From a virus (Duplodnaviria > Caudoviricetes): a stretch of 64,000 nt of DNA. Location: positions 18,931-82,930 of the IMG/VR virus record IMGVR_UViG_3300025320_000152. One strand, 5' to 3'. Below the pieces are notes generated by a model. The model did not search any database, was not told the DNA's origin, and saw only the letters and a program-made list of their open reading frames with translations. Made by a program: the position numbers and the translations under genes. Shown piece by piece: positions 47,890-57,452 of this stretch (position 1 is its first letter; each line of letters opens with the position of its first letter).

Positions 47890-48250
47890 GCCCGCGCCAC
47901 TGAGCGACAAGCGCCCGCTGCCGCCCCCGCTCGACTTCCCGTACCCGCCCTGCTCGATCTGCGGCGAGGAATGCCTGCTCGAATCCGGCTTCTACTGCCC
48001 GATGTGCGGAGCCAGCTGGCCCACCACGGGTGCGCCGGAAGGCGACTGGGAGGAGCCAGCCGCCGAAAGGTGCCCGTCTACGATCCGCCCGTGGGTCAGC
48101 AACCGGTTCTACCCGTCGCTGCAAGGGCTGGTCTACCGCTGTGTGCTCGACGTCGGACACACCGAAGCCGAGCGCGGCGCCGAAAGGCACCGGCACCCGG
48201 ATTACTCGGACGGTTGGACCGGCGATGAGGAAGTCGGCCCGACATGCTGA
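47882..48250 (+). CDS. Cys-rich zinc-ribbon protein
   Basis: CSICGEEC...CPMCG. Confidence 0.6.
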   Translation: MLEPAPLSDKRPLPPPLDFPYPPCSICGEECLLESGFYCPMCGASWPTTGAPEGDWEEPAAERCPSTIRPWVSNRFYPSLQGLVYRCVLDVGHTEAERGAERHRHPDYSDGWTGDEEVGPTC

Positions 48251-49830
48251 CACTGGCGCTGCACCCGTTCCAGGAGCAGGACGTTGACCGCATGGTGGTG
48301 CGCGGCTCGCTGCTGCTCGGGTACGGGATGGGGACCGGGAAGACGATCATGGCGTTGGCCGCGTGCGAGGCGCTGTTCGGAAGCGATCAGGCCGCGACCG
48401 CGCTGCTGGTGGTGCCCGCCTCCCTGCGCTGGCAGTGGGCCAACAGGATCGCGATGTGCACCGACACCGGCCGGCGCGGAGTCAGCCTGCGCCGGGGCGC
48501 GGCCGAACTGGTGGTGCCAGCCGAGGACCACTGCGTGCTGCTCGACGCGGACACCGACTACGCGCACGTCAAGGCGGCTCGGCCCGACTACATGATCTGC
48601 TCCTACGAGACGCTGACCCGCAACACCGAGGAGATCCTCGCGCTCGACCCGGACATCGTCGTGATCGACGAAGCCCAGATGATCAAGCATCCGGGCTCGG
48701 CGCGCACCAAGGCGGTCAAGAAGCTCAGGCCCCGGTACCGGTACGCCTTGACGGGCACGCCGATGGACAACGGTCGGCCCGAGGAGATCTACTCGATCAT
48801 GCAGTGGGTCGACCCGAGCGTCCTGGGCAGGTGGGATCTGTTCGACAAGGCCTACATCTCGCGCAACCGCTTCGGCGGGGTCGCCTTCTACAAGCACCTC
48901 GACACGCTCCACACGACTCTGCGCAACGCGATGGCGCGCAAGATCGCCACGGACCCGGACGTCGCGGCGCACATGCCGAAGGTCGAGTACGTCGCGCACC
49001 GGGTGATCCTGGACGAGGACACCCAGCGCCTGTACGCGAGGGTGACCTCCGACCTCGCGGCGCTGCTGGAGGAGTGCGGGGCCAGCGCCATGGACGTCGA
49101 GGCCCTCTACAGCGCCGACGGCGGAGCGTCGGGCGGCGACAGTGCCCTGGGCCGGGCGATGTCCGCGCGCACGGTGACCCGGATGCTGCTGGACCATCCG
49201 GAGCTCGTGCGTATCAGCGCCCGTAACTACGGCCGCAAGGAGCGCGCCACCGACCCGGGCAGCGCCTACGCCCACACGCTCATGCACGCCGGGCTGCTCT
49301 ACGCCAAGCTGGGCACGCCCAAGCTCGACGAGCTCCAGGAGCTGCTCGCCGAACTGCTCGTCGACCCGGCGGCCAAGGGCGTGGTCTTCTCCTCCTACGC
49401 CACGATGCTGCCGCTGCTGGCCGACGCTCTCAAGCGGTACGGGCCGACGCGATTCGACGGCGGGATGAACGCGAACATGCGCGAGCGTTCCACGGCCGCG
49501 TTCGCCACCGACCCGGAGTGCCGGCTGCTGTTGGCGACGGACGCGGGCGGCGCGGGACTTGACCTGCCCACGGCCAGCTTCGTGATCAACTACGACCTGC
49601 CCGCCGGGCTCGGCCGGTATTCCCAGCGCAACGCCCGGCATCAGCGCGCCGGCAGCCCGCACCCGGTGATCCAGGTCATCGACCTCGTATGCGCCGACAC
49701 CCTGGACGAGCACGACCACGCGGTGCTGCGTTCCTCGGCCGCCGTCGCACGCGCCGGAGTCGACGGAGAGCACGGCGGCGCACCCGGATTCGCTGCTCGC
49801 CGCCCGTCGCTGCAAGCCCACCTCGCATAA
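48244..49830 (+). CDS. SNF2-like (SF2) helicase
   Basis: GYGMGTGKT, VVIDEAQ, LTGTPMDN, TDAGGAGLDL. Confidence 0.9.
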   Translation: MLTLALHPFQEQDVDRMVVRGSLLLGYGMGTGKTIMALAACEALFGSDQAATALLVVPASLRWQWANRIAMCTDTGRRGVSLRRGAAELVVPAEDHCVLLDADTDYAHVKAARPDYMICSYETLTRNTEEILALDPDIVVIDEAQMIKHPGSARTKAVKKLRPRYRYALTGTPMDNGRPEEIYSIMQWVDPSVLGRWDLFDKAYISRNRFGGVAFYKHLDTLHTTLRNAMARKIATDPDVAAHMPKVEYVAHRVILDEDTQRLYARVTSDLAALLEECGASAMDVEALYSADGGASGGDSALGRAMSARTVTRMLLDHPELVRISARNYGRKERATDPGSAYAHTLMHAGLLYAKLGTPKLDELQELLAELLVDPAAKGVVFSSYATMLPLLADALKRYGPTRFDGGMNANMRERSTAAFATDPECRLLLATDAGGAGLDLPTASFVINYDLPAGLGRYSQRNARHQRAGSPHPVIQVIDLVCADTLDEHDHAVLRSSAAVARAGVDGEHGGAPGFAARRPSLQAHLA

Positions 49831-49916
49831 CGGATTGGCTTCTAAGGCATAACCTTTTGCCTTGCACGTCGGTTCCGACCTACGGTGGTGCCTCCGCACC
49901 CTGATATGGAGCAGCC

Positions 49917-50648
49917 ATGGCCCTTCCCATGAAGCCCGACTGGCGGCGCCTGGCCGACGGCCTGCTGTTCCAAGCCGTCCTGGAAGGCTCGCTCAGCTTC
50001 ACCCACATCCACGACGTCGCGGCCCACTACGGCCAGTCCGGATGGGTGGCGTGGGCCTACCCGCTGAGCGTGGACCTGTTCACCGTGACCGGCTACCGCA
50101 AGATCCGAGCGCACGGACTGGGCGAGCAGGTCCCCGCCGTGCTCGCGTGGATCGCGTTCACCCTCGGGCTGTCGGTGTCCATCGCCGCCAACGTCCTGTC
50201 CTGCTGGCACGACGCGAACCGGCCCATCGCCGTGGCGATCGGCGTCTGGCCCGCCGTCGCGTTCCTGCTGTGCACCCTGCTCTCGCACTCCCCGGCCGCG
50301 CCCGCCGAGACTGTCGTCCAGGAGGCCGTCGCGGCGGCCCCGCCGCTCGTCCAGGTGGCCGCCGTGCCGCAGCCCCCGACGGTCGTCCCGGTGCCCGTAC
50401 CGGTCCTCGCGGCGCCCCCCGCGCTGAACGTCAAGCCACTGACTCCGGCTCAGAAACGCAAGCTCGAACTCGTCGAGAAGTTCATCGAAGTCCACGGTGA
50501 GCCCGAGCTGCGCAGGCGCGGCGGCGTGAAGAAGCTCGCGGCGTTCGTCAACCAGCACCTGAAGGACCAGGGGCAGAACGAGATCAGCTACCCGCAGGTG
50601 TCGAAGGCACTGTCACTGTTCGACGAACGTCGCGTCGCAACTCCGTAA
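49917..50648 (+). CDS. DUF2637-type membrane protein
   Basis: LSFTHIHDVAAHYG...AWAYPLSVD...SIAANV...WPAVAFL. Confidence 0.8.
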   Translation: MALPMKPDWRRLADGLLFQAVLEGSLSFTHIHDVAAHYGQSGWVAWAYPLSVDLFTVTGYRKIRAHGLGEQVPAVLAWIAFTLGLSVSIAANVLSCWHDANRPIAVAIGVWPAVAFLLCTLLSHSPAAPAETVVQEAVAAAPPLVQVAAVPQPPTVVPVPVPVLAAPPALNVKPLTPAQKRKLELVEKFIEVHGEPELRRRGGVKKLAAFVNQHLKDQGQNEISYPQVSKALSLFDERRVATP

Positions 50649-50817
50649 CAGGCCTCCTTCGACGTAAGGTAGCTGCTAACCGCGACTCCTTATAGTTTCT
50701 TCCTTTAACCTATTGCCCCAGCTCACCGCGCCCCATAGTGTCGTCTCACACCCAGTCAGCAGGTCGTCGCGCCGTCTGACTGGGTGCCAGGAACAGGCAC
50801 CAGGGGACGGTGAGCCG

Positions 50818-51282
50818 ATGCAGGCGACATGGCAGAGTGATCCGGAGACCACGCAGCGCATCACGCGAATGACGTTGGAGTGGCTCCACGCCAAGGCCCA
50901 GATCAACGCGATGACCGCGCGTGCCAACAAGCTGCGCGACGAGCTCGACGACTTCGTGGCCTTCGCCGGATACGTCGATGACAAGGGCCATACGTACCTT
51001 GACCTTCCCGCCACCCTGGAGGTGGCTGGCAAGAAGGTTGCCGCGCTCAAGCGCGAGAAGCGCGTCACTCGGAGCGCCAACACCGACCGGATCGGCGCGC
51101 TAGCCGACCGCGTGGACGCCGCGCATCCCAAGGCGAACCTGCACGACCGGCTCTTCCCCCTGCTGCCCGTGCTCGACGAGGACGAACTCTACGTCGCCTA
51201 CCAGGACGGGCTGCTCACCGAGGCCGACATCGACGCCGTCTTCGACGCGAAGGTCACCTGGGCATTCACGGTGACCTCGTGA
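50818..51282 (+). CDS. hypothetical protein
   Basis: Coding bias; GTGA coupling to the next gene. Confidence 0.7.
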   Translation: MQATWQSDPETTQRITRMTLEWLHAKAQINAMTARANKLRDELDDFVAFAGYVDDKGHTYLDLPATLEVAGKKVAALKREKRVTRSANTDRIGALADRVDAAHPKANLHDRLFPLLPVLDEDELYVAYQDGLLTEADIDAVFDAKVTWAFTVTS

Positions 51283-51710
51283 GCGCCGCGACGATGGAGT
51301 ACTACCCCGGCACCCGGCGCAGGATCGCTCCCGGCCCCGCCGAGTCCGCCGAACCCCCGGTCGAGCCGGACCCCGACGCCTGGGACGCGCACCCGCGCCC
51401 CCACCAGATCGGCGGCGTCGAGGTGCTGTTCTACCCGATCGGCGCGCTGGCCAAGGCTCTCAATCGCAAGCCGGTGACGATCCGCATGTGGGAGCAGTCC
51501 GGTGTCCTGCCCCGGTCCCTGTTTCGCTCCCGACACGACCAGGGCGCGGGCAAGGCACGGCTCTACCCGCGCATGCTCATCGAGGGCCTGATCAAGATCG
51601 CGGAGGACGAGGGGCTGTTCGACGGCGCCCCGATCGCCTCCACCCGCTTCACCCCCCGCGCCATCGAGCTCTACCACTCGGTCAACGCGCTCTACGGGCC
51701 CGGCCGATGA
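51279..51710 (+). CDS. MerR-like HTH DNA-binding protein
   Basis: YPIGALAKALNRKPVTIRMWEQSGVLP. Confidence 0.75.
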   Translation: MSAATMEYYPGTRRRIAPGPAESAEPPVEPDPDAWDAHPRPHQIGGVEVLFYPIGALAKALNRKPVTIRMWEQSGVLPRSLFRSRHDQGAGKARLYPRMLIEGLIKIAEDEGLFDGAPIASTRFTPRAIELYHSVNALYGPGR

Positions 51711-51934
51711 ACGCCACCGTCCGCATCTCAGAGCGCTACAACACCGGCGGCTACGAGCACGTCGACATCACCGTCACGGTCTCGGGCGAGATCGAAGACC
51801 CCGAAGACATCCTCGCGCTGCACGACAGCCTCGACGCCGTCATGCACCCGGCCCGCCTGCGCGTAGCCGAGCTCACCAGCAACGACAGCTCGATGATCCA
51901 CGACCACCCGGCCCTGAACGGAGAAGAGAAGTGA
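51707..51934 (+). CDS. hypothetical protein
   Basis: ATGA and GTGA coupling. Confidence 0.6.
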   Translation: MNATVRISERYNTGGYEHVDITVTVSGEIEDPEDILALHDSLDAVMHPARLRVAELTSNDSSMIHDHPALNGEEK

Positions 51935-52644
51935 CAGAACTGCCCCGCCGCCGGCGAGTGCTGACGCCCGCGCCGAGCGCCCCGGCCCCGGCCGCCACTC
52001 ATGTTCCGGAGCGCCCCGCGCGCCGCGCGCCCGCCGGCCGCTCCGCGCGCGCCGACTGGGGAGCGGTGGACCAGACGGTCGCCTCGACCTCGAACTTCGT
52101 CAACGCCATGGAGCTCGGCGCCGAGTGGACCGTGCTCCAGTTCCTCGAAGAGAAGCCCTTCGACCACTTCGCGCAGCACTGGTTCGAGGAGGTGAAGATC
52201 AAGGGCTGGCGCTGCCTCGGCGACGACTGCCCCCTGTGTGGGCAGCTCGCCGATGACCCGAAGAGCGTGAACGTGTACTGGAACGTCATGTCCCTCGGTG
52301 TGGTCGGCTCCTTCGACCCGGCCAAGGCTCCGACCCCGACGCTGGAGGTCTTCCGGGCCACCAAGCCCCTCTACAAGATCGTCAAGGGGCTCAACGCGGA
52401 CCGCCGGTTCGACGGAATCGCCGACCCCGAGATCTACTTCGCGTTCCAGAAGCTCGGCAAGAAGTCCGAGACCACCTACCCCAACGAGGTCGTCAAGGCG
52501 CGCGACCTGACCGAGGACTGGGGCTTCCCGCTGCCATCCCCGGCGATGCGCGACGCTCTGCTGGCCAAGGCCCGCACCGAGCCGATCGACCCGGCTCCCA
52601 GCCTGGACAAGTACCAGCAGCTCGTGACGGACCTGCTTCGCTGA
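51931..52644 (+). CDS. ssDNA-binding protein (gp32-like)
   Basis: FAQHWF...CLGDDCPLC; lies before the polymerase. Confidence 0.6.
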   Translation: MTELPRRRRVLTPAPSAPAPAATHVPERPARRAPAGRSARADWGAVDQTVASTSNFVNAMELGAEWTVLQFLEEKPFDHFAQHWFEEVKIKGWRCLGDDCPLCGQLADDPKSVNVYWNVMSLGVVGSFDPAKAPTPTLEVFRATKPLYKIVKGLNADRRFDGIADPEIYFAFQKLGKKSETTYPNEVVKARDLTEDWGFPLPSPAMRDALLAKARTEPIDPAPSLDKYQQLVTDLLR

Positions 52645-54539
52645 TGAAGCCGACGGTGATCCTGACGGAGCGCGACCTCGACGAGGCGGTCTCCGCCTTC
52701 GAGAAGCAGCCCGCGTTCGCCTGGGACATCGAGACGACCGGTCCCCGGCGCGGGCACCCGGTCTACAACGAGCTCGCGTGGCTGTCGATGGCCACAAAGG
52801 GGCGCACGGTCGCGATCCCGATGGGACATCCCAACGGGGATGTACTGACGGCTCCGGCCGTGCGCCGCAAGGACAAGGCCACCGGCAAGATGATCCAGAT
52901 CCCGGCCCGGTACAGCCCACCGCCGCCGCAGGTCACCCGCGAGCAGGTGATCGAGCGCATCGCGCCGCTGATGGCGTCGGACCGGCTCAAGATCGGGCAC
53001 GGTCAGGTGTTCGACGCGGCGTCGGTGACCAAGTACCTCGCCGCTCCCCCGGCCCCGCCGTTCGCGGACACGCTCGTCGGTGCCTGGATGCTGAACGAGA
53101 ACTTCAAGCGGTTCGGCCTCAAGGAGATCGTAGGCCGCCGCTACAAGACGGCGTACGACCCGGACCACACCGGCCGCTGCGTCGAGGCGCATCCGCTGGG
53201 CAAGGTCGCCCGGTACGCGCTGCTGGACGCCAAGTTCCCCTGGCTGATGTGGCCGTCGCAGAAGGCTGCGCTGCACGCGCAGAACCTCGACAAGATCTTC
53301 GGGCTGGAGATGGACCTGCTGCCCGTCCTCGTCTCGATGCGCCTGGCGGGCGTGGCCGTGGACGAGCAGACGCTGCGCACGCTGGAGGCCGAGCTCGCCG
53401 AGCAGCTCGACCATGCGACCGAGCGGACGTACAAGGCCGCGGGCAAGTCGTTCAACCTCGGATCGGTCCCCCAGAAGCAGGCGATCCTCTACGGGCCGAA
53501 GGACGAGGGCGGCCAGGGCCTGAAGGCCGCCGGCCGCACGAAGACCGGCGCGCCCTCGACGGACGCCGACGCCCTCAAGGCGCACCCGAACAACCCGGTG
53601 ACCAAGGCACTGCTGGCCTATCAGGAGCTGCACACCCTGCAGTCCACCTACGTCCACGGCTACCTCGGCACCGAGGACGAGCCCGGCGCACTGGTGGGCG
53701 GACGGATCCACTGCGACTTCGTCCAGTACGGCACGCGCACGGGGAGGTTCTCCTCCCGCAACCCGAACCTGCAGAACGTCCCCCGGCCGGGCAAGCCGCT
53801 GTCCACCAGGATCAGGGGCCTGTTCGTCGCGCCGCCCGGGATGAAGTTGATCGTCGCGGACTACGGACAGATTGAACTCCGGGTGCTGGCTCACTTCCTG
53901 GGGCGCGGCGCCCTCTACGAGGGCTTCCACCAGGGCATCGACGCGCACACCGCGACCGCTACCAGCATCTTCCACATCTCGCCGGACCAGGTGACCAAGG
54001 ACTGGCGGCAGGTGGCGAAAGCGGTCAACTTCGCGATCGTGTTCCTGGCCGGCGCGGAGACCGTCGCCGGAATGGCCGGGATCAGCGTGCGCGAGGCCCG
54101 CAGGATCCTGACGGAGCACGAGCTGCGCAACCCGGAGATCTACCAGTACCGCAAGGCCGTGATCGAGGGCTGCCGCCGCCAGCCGGAGCCGCACATCACC
54201 ACCCTGCTCGGGCGCGTGCGCCGCCTGCCGGAGATCCGCTACCGCAACGGGGACATCCGCGCGCTGGCCGAGCGCCAGGCCGTGAACTCCAAGATCCAGG
54301 GGAGCGCCGGCGACCTGATCAAGCTGGCGATGGTCCGGACGCACGCCGCGCTGCCCGAGGGCGCGCGCCTCGTGCTCACCGTCCACGACGAACTCGTGGT
54401 CGAGGCCGCCAACGAGGTCGTAGCGGAAGCCGAGGCGATTCTCCGCGAGGCGATGCTCGGTCAGGGCATCGCCGATCTTCTTACGGTGCCGCTGACCAGC
54501 GACATCGTCGTGTGCAACAGCTGGGCGGAGGCGAAATGA
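52644..54539 (+). CDS. polA: family A DNA polymerase with 3'-5' exonuclease
   Basis: WDIET; ADYGQIELRVLAH; AKAVNF; TVHDEL. Confidence 0.95.
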   Translation: MKPTVILTERDLDEAVSAFEKQPAFAWDIETTGPRRGHPVYNELAWLSMATKGRTVAIPMGHPNGDVLTAPAVRRKDKATGKMIQIPARYSPPPPQVTREQVIERIAPLMASDRLKIGHGQVFDAASVTKYLAAPPAPPFADTLVGAWMLNENFKRFGLKEIVGRRYKTAYDPDHTGRCVEAHPLGKVARYALLDAKFPWLMWPSQKAALHAQNLDKIFGLEMDLLPVLVSMRLAGVAVDEQTLRTLEAELAEQLDHATERTYKAAGKSFNLGSVPQKQAILYGPKDEGGQGLKAAGRTKTGAPSTDADALKAHPNNPVTKALLAYQELHTLQSTYVHGYLGTEDEPGALVGGRIHCDFVQYGTRTGRFSSRNPNLQNVPRPGKPLSTRIRGLFVAPPGMKLIVADYGQIELRVLAHFLGRGALYEGFHQGIDAHTATATSIFHISPDQVTKDWRQVAKAVNFAIVFLAGAETVAGMAGISVREARRILTEHELRNPEIYQYRKAVIEGCRRQPEPHITTLLGRVRRLPEIRYRNGDIRALAERQAVNSKIQGSAGDLIKLAMVRTHAALPEGARLVLTVHDELVVEAANEVVAEAEAILREAMLGQGIADLLTVPLTSDIVVCNSWAEAK

Positions 54540-54712
54540 CTACGGAAGGTATCAAGCGGATGCTTACGCGGCGTCTGGGCGAGGGCTCAGGAGCGCACCG
54601 CGCCGGGAGCAAGGCGGCCGAGACGGTCGTCGACCCCGAGGACGTGGACGTGCGCGAGGACGTGGTACTCGGCTACGGCCTCGACGACGACCTGTACGGG
54701 CGCCGGTCATGA
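54536..54712 (+). CDS. small hypothetical protein
   Basis: ATGA coupling at both ends. Confidence 0.45.
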   Translation: MTTEGIKRMLTRRLGEGSGAHRAGSKAAETVVDPEDVDVREDVVLGYGLDDDLYGRRS

Positions 54713-55104
54713 GCGACTTCTGGTCCCGCGCCCTCGGCGGCCACCCGGCCCCGCCTCCCAGGCCCGCGCAGTACGCGCCCGCTCCGGTACCCGTCCAGGT
54801 CCCCGCAGCCCCTGCCGTGCAGTACCCCCAGCACCCGCAGCAGGAGCCCGCGCCGATGCCCGTGCCCGCGCAGGCCGCGTACGCGCGCAACGACGTCGGG
54901 CTGTGCCCCAACTGCTCGTCCGGCGACTACGTCAAGGGCATCGGGATGAACAAGGCGCGCTGCTACGCGTGCGGCTACCCGGTGCTGCACTCGACCTCCG
55001 GGGTCGTGTCCACCAACCGCAAACAGGCCAGGCCGGCGCGCCAGACCGAGGAGTCCCGGCTGGGCGGCTACTCCCCACACACGATCATCGGGCGCATCGA
55101 GTGA
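54709..55104 (+). CDS. Pro-rich zinc-ribbon protein
   Basis: CPNC...CYACG. Confidence 0.7.
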   Translation: MSDFWSRALGGHPAPPPRPAQYAPAPVPVQVPAAPAVQYPQHPQQEPAPMPVPAQAAYARNDVGLCPNCSSGDYVKGIGMNKARCYACGYPVLHSTSGVVSTNRKQARPARQTEESRLGGYSPHTIIGRIE

Positions 55105-55340
55105 GCCACCAGCACCTCAACGACCGCCAGCGCAAAGTCCTCCGTCGAGTCGCCCTGGGCGACAGCAACGAGGACATCGGCAAGCGGATGATGTACGCCA
55201 CCTCCAGCATCAACTCCATCGTCATGGTCATCCTCGACAAGCTCGAAGCGCGCAACCGCGTCCACGCGGTCTACCTCGGGATCTTGTACGGCGAGATCGA
55301 GATACCGATCAAGGAGGCGCCGGATGAGCCAGGGACTTGA
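55101..55340 (+). CDS. LuxR-type HTH protein
   Basis: LNDRQRKVLRRVALGDSNEDIG...KLEARNRVHAV. Confidence 0.8.
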   Translation: MSHQHLNDRQRKVLRRVALGDSNEDIGKRMMYATSSINSIVMVILDKLEARNRVHAVYLGILYGEIEIPIKEAPDEPGT

Positions 55341-56367
55341 TGCTCTGACTGCGGAGCTCACCAAGAAGTACGGGAGCAACGCCCTGTTCCCCGCCACCGA
55401 GCTGCGCCCGCCGGTGCGGTTCCCGACCGGATCGCTCTCCCTCGATCTCGCACTCGGCGGCGGCTGGCCCGGCAACCGGTGGATGGAGGTGATCGGCATG
55501 GAGTCCTCCGGCAAGACCACCGTCGTGCTCAAGTCGATCGCCGCGTGCCAGGCGGTTGACCCGAACTTCACCACGCTGTGGGTCGCGGCCGAGGACTTCG
55601 ACGAGGAGTGGGCGACCCTGCTCGGCGTGGACATCGCGCGCGTGGCCATCGCCCCGTTCCGGCGCATGGAGGTCGTCTACGACGTGATGCTGCGCGCCGC
55701 CGAACTCAAGGCCGTCGACGCGATCGTGCTCGACTCCTACCCGGCGCTGATCGCCGCCGAAGAGGCCGACAAGAAGATGGACGAGAACGTCATGGCGCTC
55801 GGCGCGCGCCTGACGGGCAAGTTCTGGCGCAAGGCGGGCGACGCCGGAGCGCGCGCGCACGACGGATCCGAGCGGCCACTGCTCGGCATCATCATCAACC
55901 AGTGGCGTCAGAAGGTCGGCGCGTTCTCCCCGCACGGCACCCCGAAGGACTCCCCCGGCGGCTGGGCGAAGAACTTCGCCTACGCCGTCCGGCTGGAGGT
56001 CTCCCGCGCCGAGTACATCGACGAGGCGCTGCCCGGCGGACGCGGCTCGCAGCGCGTCGGACAGATCATCAAGTGCCGGACGATCAAGAACAAGTCGGCC
56101 GCGCCGCACCGGATCGCCAGCATGGACTTCTACCACACCGACACCGAGACGTTGGGCTTCCACGCCGGCGAGTACGACGCGGCGAAGGAGCTGGTGACCA
56201 TGGGCGTGCTGAACGAGGCGATCGAACGGCGTGGCGCCTACTTCAGCGTCGGGGACACGCGCGTGCACGGCAAGGAAGCGCTGCTCGACTACCTGCGCGG
56301 CGACCTCACCGCACAGCAGGAGCTCACGGCAGCGATCACCAAGCGCGCCCTGGGAGGCGGTCACTGA
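55324..56367 (+). CDS. recA: RecA-like recombinase
   Basis: PTGSLSLDLALGGG; GMESSGKT; IVLDS; IIINQWR. Confidence 0.93.
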   Translation: MSQGLDALTAELTKKYGSNALFPATELRPPVRFPTGSLSLDLALGGGWPGNRWMEVIGMESSGKTTVVLKSIAACQAVDPNFTTLWVAAEDFDEEWATLLGVDIARVAIAPFRRMEVVYDVMLRAAELKAVDAIVLDSYPALIAAEEADKKMDENVMALGARLTGKFWRKAGDAGARAHDGSERPLLGIIINQWRQKVGAFSPHGTPKDSPGGWAKNFAYAVRLEVSRAEYIDEALPGGRGSQRVGQIIKCRTIKNKSAAPHRIASMDFYHTDTETLGFHAGEYDAAKELVTMGVLNEAIERRGAYFSVGDTRVHGKEALLDYLRGDLTAQQELTAAITKRALGGGH

Positions 56368-56513
56368 TGGATCTGCCCACAGCACTCGTCCTCGAAGTCA
56401 TCGCGCTGGCGGCGCTCATCCCGCTGTGCGACCTCGCCGTGCGCGGCGTGGACGCCGTGTACGGCCGTCTGGCGCGCAGGCGCGCTGCGAAGAGGGGAGA
56501 CCGCGGTGCTTAA
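56367..56513 (+). CDS. small membrane protein
   Basis: Hydrophobic N-half, basic tail; TGATG coupling. Confidence 0.5.
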   Translation: MDLPTALVLEVIALAALIPLCDLAVRGVDAVYGRLARRRAAKRGDRGA

Positions 56514-57009
56514 CCCGCATCTGCGCCGCTCGCGGCGCCAGGAGGCGCGCGGCGCCACGGAGTTCGGCGGTGTGCGCAACACCGGCTCCGGCAACCTGTA
56601 CACGCACGGAAACGACGTGCGGACCGAGAAGCTCAGCATCGAGTACAAGACGACGCTCGCCGACCACTACCGGCTCACCCTCGACGAGCTGCGCACCGCT
56701 GAACGTCACGCGGTCATGGACGGCCGCGAGATGGCGTTCATCGTCGAGCTGCGCTCGTTCGAATACGCGGTGCTCACCAAGGACTTCTTCATCGAGCTCA
56801 AGGGCGAGCGCGCGAACTACTTCGACTTCGAGTACCGCGCGACCCTCGCCAAGAGCTACAAGCTCAACCTCGATGAGCTCGGGCAGCTCCAGCTGCGGGC
56901 GCTGCTGGCAGGCGGCGAGATGGCGATGGTGCTCGGCATCAAGGACCACGAGTACGTGGTGCTCGCCAAGGACTACCTGCTGCTGCTCCTGGAAGCGGCA
57001 GAGCGCTGA
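56506..57009 (+). CDS. Hjc-like PD-(D/E)XK resolvase with a duplicated C-terminal half
   Basis: GNDVRTEKLSIEYKT catalytic motif; second copy begins FDFEYRAT. Confidence 0.65.
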   Translation: MLNPHLRRSRRQEARGATEFGGVRNTGSGNLYTHGNDVRTEKLSIEYKTTLADHYRLTLDELRTAERHAVMDGREMAFIVELRSFEYAVLTKDFFIELKGERANYFDFEYRATLAKSYKLNLDELGQLQLRALLAGGEMAMVLGIKDHEYVVLAKDYLLLLLEAAER

Positions 57010-57452
57010 TGGTCCTCCAGAGCCGCGACACGCCGTTTGACTGGGACACCGACGACGATGACCCGCTCGCCTGGCAGCGCCGCGCGCTGTGCCTGAACGT
57101 CAAGCACCCCTACCTCGACGACGACCCGTGGTTCGACCCGGACCTCTTCCACGAGGCGATGGCGATCTGCAACGGCACCGGCGGCGGTCCTGTCTGCCCG
57201 GTACGCCAGCGCTGCCTGCAGCGCGCCATGGTCAACAACGAGATGTGGGGCGTGTGGGGCGGGATGCTCCGCCGCGACCGCAAGGCCCTGAAAGACAAGT
57301 ACCCCACCAGTCCCGAGGAGTGGACATGGCAGCCTCCCACCGTCGAACCCTGCCCGCCAGGCAAGCGCAAGAAGCGGCGCCGGCGTCGGCGAAAAGGAAG
57401 CGCCACCTCGGCCTCAGCGAAATCCTCACCTCGCGTCGCGTCCCGACCGTAG
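57009..57452 (+). CDS. whiB: WhiB-family Fe-S transcription factor
   Basis: Four Cys (LCLN, ICNG, CPVRQRC) and WGVWGG. Confidence 0.88.
   Translation: MVLQSRDTPFDWDTDDDDPLAWQRRALCLNVKHPYLDDDPWFDPDLFHEAMAICNGTGGGPVCPVRQRCLQRAMVNNEMWGVWGGMLRRDRKALKDKYPTSPEEWTWQPPTVEPCPPGKRKKRRRRRRKGSATSASAKSSPRVASRP

Noticed and set aside
9534-49910. TGATA(T/G/C) just upstream of several genes (about 9535, 17500, 26875, 42575, 49903) as a late-promoter element
   Set aside because: Too short, with variable spacing to starts; cannot be separated from chance without TSS data.
12816-56367. Inteins or further introns in terminase, helicases, polymerase or RecA
   Set aside because: Lengths and motif spacing look normal; no other GATATAGTC P7 motif was noticed by eye.
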